Assembly: GCF_022045235.1 (NCBI RefSeq)
Contig: NW_027266330.1
Location: 15,624,001-15,688,000, forward strand
DNA: 64,000 bases
Origin: Haliotis cracherodii
Lineage: Eukaryota
Direction: 5' to 3'
The number at the start of each line of letters is the position of its first letter. Position 1 is the first letter of the stretch. Both the position numbers and the translations under genes were made by a program. Positions 36,601 through 44,606 of the stretch are shown here, one piece after another. The notes under the pieces were generated by a model. The model worked only from the letters and a program-made list of their open reading frames with translations. It made no database searches and had not been told where the DNA came from.

Positions 36601-37939
36601 CGTGATGTTGTTCCTCTTCCCCCTCCTTCTCCGTTTCCTCTCCCCCCTCCCCCTCCCCCTCCCCCTCCTCCCCCTCCTCCCCCTCCTCGTTTTCTTCACG
36701 GAGAGGCGTCATGTAACAGCGATGATCTGGGGTCATGGGTTCTCGGCACACCAAGCAGGGATGTTCTTCGTCGAAGCACTCGTGGTGAACCATGGGGGTC
36801 TCCAAGACGCGGACCAGCTGAAAACAGTTCGGGCACCTGTGAATCGATTGACAGGCGCTGGGTTTTCCCTCTGACGGTGACTGGAGATGTCGGGTGTAAC
36901 ACGTTGGATTGGGGAACCAACCTTGACATGTCAAGCAAGGGATCCCGAGCTCTTCCTGGGGTCCACAATAGCTAGAGTAGAAGCAGCGGTGACAGCGGTA
37001 TTCCTTGGTGCAGGGATGTTTTTCGGGATGGTCGTAACGTTTGTCGCAACGTTCGCAGTAATGGTCAGACCCGTAAAAAGCGGACATGGAAGTGATGACA
37101 TCGTAGTGCTGATCATGATGGTATAGATGCAGCACCGTGGCGTGAGGTGGAGCCTCATCACACTTGTACAACAGTCTCTGACCCACCTCTTGACTGTAGA
37201 CTTTCAGTTGATAATGCAGGTGGGTCAAGGCCCGTCCCACGCGTGCGAGGTCGTCCAGCCCCCGACAGGGACCTTCAGGCAGGCCAAGGCGTCGAAACAA
37301 GGCCCGTGCCCGTAGGCCTTGAACGTCGACGCGATTCGTTCTCATCAGTCTCACTAACTGGGCTTTCCATGCTGGGGTCAGAGGATGGGGTTTGTGGGCA
37401 TAATGCTGTGCCACCACCAGGGCCCGTGCCAAACAGGATTGATCTTCGTTCTTGATCCGTACGATGCACCTTTTGCGTGTTAAAAAAGCTTCGAGTCCAA
37501 TCACGTTTTTCAGCCGGGGAGCACCACTGCCCGATCCTAACCTGTCGGGATCTGCGACGTGTACTAAAGTCACATCCATGGTGTCATCGATGTTCAGGTC
37601 TTTGTTGGACTGTTGGACTTTTTCCACGGCCTGCAAAATATCTGGCCCATGGAGATCTTCAAAACGTCGAAAGGGAATCCGTATGGGGGTGTTCAAAGCG
37701 GGATGATCGATACCTAGACCAATACGATCTCCCTTCTGACCTGACATCTGTTCATAAAAGTCATCGATCACCCTGTCAAATAAAGCTGGCAGTTCCAGGG
37801 GGACGCGTTCCGGTGGTACGGTGTCCAAGTAGTCTGGGTTGAAAGTCAAACGATAGGTATGATTAGCAGTTCTTAACCGTCTGGAGCGGGTGGTATCTTT
37901 CCTCTCCAAACGATAGGGCGTACTTTGGTTGCTCGTCAT
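33671..37939 (-). CDS. Protein-primed family B DNA polymerase (1422 aa) with N-terminal OTU-like protease, Zn-finger region, 3'-5' exonuclease and inserted Vsr-like nuclease domain
   Basis: EDQSCLARAL / HYD (OTU-like); FYDFE, HNARSYD, YCQSDV (Exo I-III); VDGYD...YEFLGCFWHGC; YIDICSLYP, KMQLNSLWGKFGQ, YFDTDS, GPKNY, KVRG polymerase motifs. Confidence 0.96.
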   Translation of the reverse strand: MTSNQSTPYRLERKDTTRSRRLRTANHTYRLTFNPDYLDTVPPERVPLELPALFDRVIDDFYEQMSGQKGDRIGLGIDHPALNTPIRIPFRRFEDLHGPDILQAVEKVQQSNKDLNIDDTMDVTLVHVADPDRLGSGSGAPRLKNVIGLEAFLTRKRCIVRIKNEDQSCLARALVVAQHYAHKPHPLTPAWKAQLVRLMRTNRVDVQGLRARALFRRLGLPEGPCRGLDDLARVGRALTHLHYQLKVYSQEVGQRLLYKCDEAPPHATVLHLYHHDQHYDVITSMSAFYGSDHYCERCDKRYDHPEKHPCTKEYRCHRCFYSSYCGPQEELGIPCLTCQGWFPNPTCYTRHLQSPSEGKPSACQSIHRCPNCFQLVRVLETPMVHHECFDEEHPCLVCREPMTPDHRCYMTPLREENEEGEEGEEGEGEGEGGEETEKEGEEEQHHVRDDVQYVFYDFECMQDTGEHIPNLCVVQLGCGRCISEVSKNLCEHCPWREEGYGPSREIVFRGPTTRHDVCVWLTTLCEIPKKKKPNPEEEEDSTRKGTTAPLGKKRKRDGTPSRKDATKRQRHASPQQEAEETEEVEEVEEAMEVKNTKKPKNKNTSCHTVPKEDRIYVMAHNARSYDLHLILKGLSPLLVTLPTKIRHGQHILQMTLGRLCFEDSLNFIPYPLKAFPKSFGLKEMKKGYFPHFFNTGVNQTYRGPYPPAVTYDPDGMSPAERSAFLQWHTQKVQEGVLFDLQEELLAYCQSDVDILRRGCADFRQNAIHSVGMDPFVEVMTAAAFTMKSFRKHDLKPNTIAILPPQGYQPKRNYSQACMHWLHSLMERDPHLHLQHARNGGEKEFTCGEGQHRYSVDGYDPATGTIYEFLGCFWHGCKTCHKTQRGEPHPVLGTSLGARYNDTHYRLSLLSQHPEVKRIVALWEHEFTKMQREDSALRAFLQGPHCRHVPGPLNPRDAFYGGRTNATRLCYEAQEGETIKYIDICSLYPYICKTGAFPTGHPTLLHQPPVDTLFELKGLIQCRVLPPKRLYHPLLPYRSGGKLLCPLCRTCADTRSDSPCEHTDEERSWVGTYATVELQEAVKKYDYRVLQIYDVWHFDTFAQHDPDTQQVGLFDTYIDRHFKEKLEASGYPEGCTDHDAYIQEIYDKEGIRLDKDRIEKNPGRRTIAKMQLNSLWGKFGQRVDYSQNVYMNDPAQYFALWRDDRNTIEDVTVVNEHMVEVTYTQRKEFQTPHSHFNVAIAAWVTAQARLKLYETLALVGRRVLYFDTDSVIYIHRPHDANPELGHSLGEFTDELDGNTIKTFVSGGPKNYGYELMNPRPDGTRTTCKVRGFTLNYRNQRHLNFDTMKGLILGQRSGKEEEEKISLDYPHQIIRKGPRHENALVTRPTRKDYRTVYDKRRVVYDETTGLPVDTLPFGYRDDFL

Positions 37940-38014
37940 GATAACGATGTGTGTCTGATGAACGCCTGTACTCTAAGAGGGTCTGAACGTCTGATGGATG
38001 GACAACCCTTCCCC

Positions 38015-38322
38015 AAAACAGGATCGAAATCGGACCAATCCGAAGCCTGGATTGTCGACCAATCAGAAGACAGCCTCGACCAATCAGAAGGCAGCACCCG
38101 ACCCGAGTTGTGCTTTCTCTCCCATGGTAAAATCCATTTCCTATGGAAAAGAAACACAGGGGTCGGGTCGTTTTGGAAAACCGAGGTGCAGGCCAGGCCC
38201 CGAAACGAACCAATCGGTGCGTTGCGTTTTGGACCAACCAGGAAGCACCCCATTTCGATCCGGTTCTTCCCCCATAAAACAAGAGTGGATTCGAATGGGT
38301 CAGTGTCACTTGTAAAATTGAT
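38015..38322 (+). promoter_or_regulatory. Shared promoter cassette, copy C (between divergent PolB and IAP2)
   Basis: Multiple CCAAT boxes, CATAAAA 38273-38279, inverted ggatcgaaat/atttcgatcc motifs at the two ends. Confidence 0.8.
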
Positions 38323-38337
38323 GTGATAAAATCAAGA

Positions 38338-38796
38338 ATGGCTGAAACAAAGAAGAGTGGTACGACGACGACGACGCGTGGCGAAGATGTGGGAATGGAT
38401 GGTACAGATACTCGTGCATGTTGGAGTAAGAGTCATGCCGAGGAGGCGGTGTCACTGCTCAGTCAAACACCATCGCACTATTATCTGCGCTTTGAAAGAA
38501 GGCTCGCTTCGTTTGAGACGTGGCCCACGCAAATGTATCAGACTGCTGAGGAGATGGCTCATGCGGGTTTTGTCTACACTCAGGGTGCCGATGGTGTGTG
38601 CTGTTTCCAATGTGGTGTGCGGCTGAGACAATGGGCACCCCACGACAATCCTTGGGCGGCACATCACAAGTGGTCCCCAGACTGCGATTACCTCAAGCTA
38701 ACCGGGCTGGTGAAACACCAGAAGCAACTACAACTACACTATCTCTGCGAAGAGAAACAGAGGTACACGAATGACGTAGCAGAGCCGGCTGCCTAG
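38338..38796 (+). CDS. Single-BIR inhibitor-of-apoptosis-like protein 2 (152 aa)
   Basis: RLASFETWP...MAHAGFVY..GADGVCCFQC...WAPHDNPWAAH.KWSPDC; first ATG at 38338. Confidence 0.9.
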   Translation: MAETKKSGTTTTTRGEDVGMDGTDTRACWSKSHAEEAVSLLSQTPSHYYLRFERRLASFETWPTQMYQTAEEMAHAGFVYTQGADGVCCFQCGVRLRQWAPHDNPWAAHHKWSPDCDYLKLTGLVKHQKQLQLHYLCEEKQRYTNDVAEPAA

Positions 38797-39107
38797 GAGG
38801 ACGACGTTTCCCGTGTCCTGCGTTCCCGTTCAAGTTCCCGTTCCAGTTCCCCGTTCAAGTTCCCGTTCCAGTTCCCGTTCAAGTTCCCGTTTGTCTACAG
38901 TTGTTGTTGTGGATGGTTCAATCTGTTTCCGCTTCCTGTTTCCAACAAACTTTTCTTTTTTTTTTGGACCCACAAGTGGTGTCACGGTGGTCACCCCGAT
39001 GACATACCCAGATGGCAGCAAGTACCCCTTCGACGATCCTTGTCTTGTCATAAGCTTGGACATGATCATTCTTCTTGGACAGCAGCAGAAAAGTTTTCTT
39101 CTTTCCC

Positions 39108-39150
39108 AAAACGGCCCTTTTCAGGGCCACCCATCTCACCCAAAAGACAA
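39108..39150 (+). terminator. Histone-type mRNA 3' stem-loop plus downstream element (for IAP2)
   Basis: AAAAC-GGCCCTTTTCAGGGCC(39113-39128)-ACCCA-TCTCACCC-AAAAGACAA; AATAAA further downstream at 39238. Confidence 0.85.
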
Positions 39151-39704
39151 CTTTCTACCTTTGCTTTGCCAAACAATGACAATCCAAAACAAAGAACCCA
39201 CACCCTCCCCTAGGCCTCTTGGAGGCACACGTCTAAAAATAAAATAAATAGATATAAATATAAATAGATCAATAGAGACACGTGGTACACTACGTGTGCA
39301 TGGAGACACGAGTCAAACATCACGTGTGCATGAAAACACGTGTCACAGTACGTCTGTCGACTTACACGGGTGTCAACACCTCGGTATCCTTAAATAATCA
39401 TAATAATAATAATTTGAAGACACACACACACACAGGACACCACGTGTACATGACGTTCACATCGCGACACTACGTTTTGCCTGACCACACGCTATTCTAT
39501 ACATCAACGTCAACGTCTGTTTGAAGACATACACACATACCCACACACACACATGCACACATGACATTCCGATTGGCATGGGAGTGACACACACGTACAT
39601 CACGTAGGCATTCCCACGTTCATGTCTACCGATGAAGGTCCACCTTCCTTTAGCATTCAGACGACCGTCTACCTCAAAAAAAAATACCAAGGCTACCCAA
39701 GAAG

Positions 39705-40015
39705 AAAAAAACCGGATCGAAATGGGACCAATCCGAAGCCTGGGTTGTCGACCAATCAGAAGCGGTGCTCGGACCAGGTGGGGCTCTGATTGGCCGAACC
39801 GGGGTTGTGCTTTCTCTCCCATGGTAAAATCCATTTCCTATGGAAAAGAAACACAGGGGTCGGTCCGTTTTGGAAAACCGAGGTGCTGACCAGGCCCCGG
39901 AACGAACCAATCGGAGCTGCGGTCTGGCGAACCAACCAGGAGGGTGGGTGTCAGTACCTCTCCTATAAAACAACAGTGGATTCGAGTGGGTCAGTGTCAC
40001 TTGTAAAATTGATTC
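39705..40015 (+). promoter_or_regulatory. Shared CCAAT/TATA promoter cassette, copy D
   Basis: CCAAT boxes near 39728, 39752, 39789 (reverse) and 39907; TATAAAA 39964-39970; leader shared with copy C. Confidence 0.8.
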
Positions 40016-40018
40016 ATC

Positions 40019-40357
40019 ATGATGAGCAGCAGCAACAGCAACAGCAACAACTACCACATGAAAGAAAACTGGGATTTAGAAATCGCCACAGTGAAACAAC
40101 CTTTGCCCGGGTGGAAAGAAGCATCACCACCACCACCACCATGGTCTCCAGCATGGCAATGCGACAGATGCCAAGGGGGCCTGCCTGTGTACGCCCTTGG
40201 CACAAGGGCACGGGATGGGACTTTCGAATGTGTGTACTGTAAGACCATCCTCAAGGACACCTACGTGCGTCGGTTAACGCACACCAGTAGGTGTCCTGTC
40301 AGACGTCAAATGAAAGTCCACCCGTGCCTTTGCACCATGGCGTGCACATGCATGTAA
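40019..40357 (+). CDS. Small Cys-rich Zn-binding protein (112 aa), CxxC-x19-CxxC, polyproline, C-terminal CTCM
   Basis: ORF fills exactly the space between promoter copy D and the histone stem-loop 10 nt after its stop. Confidence 0.75.
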   Translation: MMSSSNSNSNNYHMKENWDLEIATVKQPLPGWKEASPPPPPWSPAWQCDRCQGGLPVYALGTRARDGTFECVYCKTILKDTYVRRLTHTSRCPVRRQMKVHPCLCTMACTCM

Positions 40358-40362
40358 ATATC

Positions 40363-40405
40363 AAAACGGCCCTTTTCAGGGCCACCCATCTCTCCCGAAA
40401 GACAA
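40363..40405 (+). terminator. Histone-type mRNA 3' stem-loop plus downstream element (inner edge of the right TIR)
   Basis: AAAAC-GGCCCTTTTCAGGGCC(40368-40383)-ACCCA-TCTCTCCC-GAAAGACAA. Confidence 0.88.
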
Positions 40406-40915
40406 CTTTCCTCCTTTGCTTTGACGACCCTCCCACCCACCCACCCACCCACACCATGAACCCGTCTCCTCCTCCTTTCCTTCCTCCCTCCCTCCCTCCC
40501 TTCACCACCACCACCCTCCCTCCCTCCCTCCCTCCCTCCCTCCCTCCCTCCCTCCACCACCGCCACCCCCTGGAGGCGCGCGCCACCGGACACGGAAGCG
40601 CCACCCTCTTGGAGGCGCGCGCCTCCGGACACGGAAGCGACGCCCCTCTTGGAGGCGCGCGCCTCCGGACACGGAAGCGACGCCCCTCTTGGAGGCGCAC
40701 GCCACCGGACACGGAAGCCACGCCCTCTTGGAGGCGCACGCCACCGGAAACGGAAGCGACGCCATCTTGGAGGCGCACGCGCAGAGTCCCATCATGCACT
40801 GCGCAGGTCACGTGACCGGAAGTGACGTCACAGAGGATGTGACGTCACTTCCGGTTCCATAATCCTGAGTGGTTCCATAATCCTGAGGTGTTCCATACCC
40901 CAGTACACAACTACT
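40365..40915 (-). repeat. Right terminal inverted repeat (551 bp)
   Basis: Inverted copy of 29014-29548. Confidence 0.95.
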
Positions 40916-41669
40916 GTAGTAGTAGACACATGGGACTGTAATAATGTCTTTAGCATCTATTATTTCTTTATCCTTCAGTGCCTCCCTTTAGAAAAATACA
41001 CTGATACGACCGCCGTCTTAAAAAACCGCAATGGTCGAATGACGCCAACAATTTTCATATAAGACGTCGTTTCTAGTGTGACGCCATTCCGATCGTACGT
41101 CACAATAAGATTCGAACGTCATTAACAATCCCTCCGGATGACGTAAACAATACATTGGTACGCGCAAAGTGATATTTGCACTAATGCACATATAGAGAAT
41201 CTCACCCGAGTGTCTTTTGATATCAAATATATCAACGAGGCTTGCCGAGGTGTTTTTTCACTTTTATCAACGAGTGTGTTCTCTTCGGTTCCATCACTGT
41301 ACGATACAAACGTTGAGCTAGTTTTTTCAGAGAAACAAAACAATATATTTTGAAGCGAAATAAAACATAAATGCATGATCATTTTTATCACATATGAAAT
41401 GTTTTCGTTAATATGAACCATTCGTTCACCGCTTTTTATCGTGGTTGTTTAGTGGATGTTTATAGCACAGTATTTTTGATTATCTCCCTTCTATCAACTA
41501 TTCCATTTATCCACACTTCTGAAAGCAGCCTATATTTTCTGTACTGGATTATCGAGTATATGAAGACACGACTCACTTCCGGGCTTTTCGGAGATTTGTG
41601 TTGATGTGTGATATTAACAATGTTTTATGTGTGATATCAACTTTGGATTAGTTATCTTGTTGTGAAAAA

Positions 41670-44558
41670 ATGGCTGTAAGTATGGCTATATTTAGCGATC
41701 TTTTAGTTATCATCTAATTAATGAAACGAAGACTGTCTGGTTGCGAGAAAGTTGTTGACTTAGATCGTTTTGTTAATTTTCGTAATTCTCACACACGCAT
41801 ATTATCATGTAGACTACTTATCTGCAACGTGATGACAGGGGTTGTCAACATGGCCAATACTTTAAAAAAATTTAAGTTGTATGCATGCAGTCTGCAGTGC
41901 AGTGTACTGACTCGATATACGTTTCACGCAGCCCGCAGTGCAGTGCAGTGTACATGTTTTTACATGGTTTTAGCATACGATAGTTAGTGACAGGCTTCAC
42001 AGTTTTGGGCTGGGACGAATCCAAATTTACCCCCCTATTACCCGACCCTACCAACCGAATCCGGGTACCCGCTGTAGGTCACAAAAGAGGTACAAAATGT
42101 CCGATTGGTAATAGTTTGACGGCAAGGTAGAAAATGTCCGATTGGGAATAGTTTGACAGTAATCCTGGACAAAATGTATTTACATACACATATTAAATCA
42201 TCATGTCATGCATACACTGAAGTTGACTGAAGTTGACTGAAGTTTTATCTTTATTCAAACATATAAAAGTGCAAAGTCAGAAAGAAATGCGGGCATTAGT
42301 GACTTGGAGTGTAACCATATGCATGATGATATAGTTCTAGATCATTTTTGTCATTAAACAATACATCACATGACTAACCGCGGGTCTGGGTAGTCCTGTT
42401 GGTGCCTGGTTCCTTCTCAGTACTCACCAGAACCGAGCACCTGAGTTAACCGTCCCAGCCCTCTCACAGTTACAGCAACATATAGACATAGTTGACTCTA
42501 TTCAAAGGTAAATAGGAAGCCAATATAGAATATATTTGCCACTATTTTTATTGAAGTATCCATGCCATACTCACTCACTCACTCACTTGTCAACCATAGC
42601 ATCACTCACTCACTCACTCACTCACACACTCCAGATTTTTCTGTAATGTAATGTGATCATTGTAAAAATTTTATGATATTTACAATATGGAAACACTCAA
42701 GGGTGATTATCTCTCTGACTCTGTTGTGTGTTATCTCTATAACTCTGTTGTGTGTTATCTCTATAACTCTGTTGTGTGTTATCTCTATAACTCTGTTGTG
42801 TGTAGGAGGCTGAGGGGGCGGACAGCAAGATGGAGGAAGCAGGGACGAAGAGTCCAGCGTCAAAGGTGGGACAGTTTGCAAAATTAGTAACTCAGTGTTT
42901 TAACCATCAAATATGTCCATGTGGGGATTCTGGGCCAGAATTGGCCCCCAGTGACCAATGCTTGTCGTATAGGTCAACTCGGTGAATTAGGCAGTTGTAT
43001 GTCATTGTGATCCAATGTGGTGGGGCAGGGCCCTTGCTTTTAGTCACCTTTTTGGTCTCCAAACTTCACATATGTTGACTGGAATATTTGCTGAGTGCTG
43101 CAACTTGAAGGTTCAGTTCTTTGGATGATCAGTTATTTGATGTCCAGCGTTGATGTATCAGATCAGCTCATTAGATGATCAGTTATTTGATGTCCAGCGT
43201 TCATGGATCAGCTCAGCTCATTAGTTGATCAGTTATTTGATGTCAAATGTTGTTGAATCAGATCAACTCATTGGTTGATCATGTGTTTTATGTACAGAAT
43301 TGATGTATCAGATCAGCTGATTGGTTGATCAGTTATTTGATGTCCAGCATTGATGTATCAGATCAGCCGATTGATTGGTCAGTTATTTGATGTCCAGCAT
43401 TGATGTATCAGATCAGCTGATTGGTTGGTCAGTTATTTGAAGTCCAGCATTGATGTATCAGATCAGCCGATTGGTTGTTAAGTTATTTGATGTCCAACAT
43501 TGATGTATCAGATCAGCTGATTGGTTGATCAGTTATTTGATGTCCAGCATTGATGTATCAGATCAGCTGATTGGTTGGTCAGTTATCTGATGTCCAGGAT
43601 TGATGTATCAGATCAGTTCATTGGTTGATCAGTTATTTGATGTCTAAAGTTGATGTATCAGCTCATTGGTTGATCATGTTTCTCATGTTTATTGTCAATT
43701 AGTGTGATTTGTGTAGGTCACCCATGTTTTGCAAGGTATCTATCAAAGGACTCCGTCTTTCCGTCATGTTTTGTTTGCAGGGCATTGGTCCCAAACAGTT
43801 CAATATTTGTTCATGAAGCTTGTTACACATCTGACATGGACTGATCTGGTGCCTTTTTCTATTCAGGATTTGTTTTTAAATTGTGTTGTCATGGCAACAA
43901 GTTGGACTTAAAAGGTTCACATGAGCATGATGAGGGTAAGGTTTCTTTTCCTGAGTAAAATCCTTAACTCTTTACATCAGGCAAGTGCTGAACTGGTGTC
44001 TTCTGCTGTTCAAATGTTTTGACTTTTTTAGATTTTGTATTTCTTAGGCATTAACAAGTTTGACTTGTGGAGATGAGGGTTTCATTTTGCAGAACATATA
44101 TGATTATTATTTGATATATGATGCTGATTGTTTCTTCATTATTTTTGTTGCCCTGCCTGCAGTTGGACACCTTGTCACGGGAAGATCTCGTCAAGTTTGT
44201 CAAAAAGCAAATGGTGATGTTTCAAAAGACAAAGGCCAAAGTTGAAGGTAAAGAACATGAGAATGGCTTGTAGTCTTGTCTTATCTTCATTGTAACGTGT
44301 TTGTACTCTTCATTGATGATGAGGGGTGGTTGGGTAGCCTAGTGGTTAAAGCGTTCACTCGTCATGCTGAAGACCCAGGTTCGAATCCCGACATGGGTAC
44401 ATTGTGTGAAGCCCATTTCTGTTGTCCCCCGCCGTGATATTGCTGGATTGATGCTTAAAGCGACGTAAAACCAAACTCACTCACTCACTCATTGATGATG
44501 ATGATGTCAATGATGATGATGATGATGACGACAACAGTGATGATGGTGATGACGACAG

Positions 44559-44606
<48 letters not shown>

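Larger units (their letters stand above)
29014..40915. mobile_element. 11.9-kb Polinton/Maverick-like element (pPolB plus host-modulating cargo; no integrase, ATPase, maturation protease or capsid recognised)
   Basis: Termini 5'-AGTAGTTGTGTACTG...CAGTACACAACTACT-3'; 535/551-bp TIRs; GTAGTA on both flanks; intact protein-primed PolB; visibly GC-richer than the flanks. Confidence 0.93.

Noticed and set aside
33806-37842. Many short ORFs overlapping PolB
   Set aside because: Antisense or alternative-frame shadows of a GC-rich CDS with no motifs.
38813-39247. ORFs in the IAP2 3' region (both strands)
   Set aside because: Low-complexity repeats, no supporting promoter, and the plus-strand ORF reads through the stem-loop; treated as UTR.
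29014-40915. Histone genes, integrase, capsid or ATPase within the element
   Set aside because: No histone-fold, DDE-integrase, Walker A or jelly-roll-sized ORF is visible; very divergent short ORFs cannot be fully excluded without profile searches.
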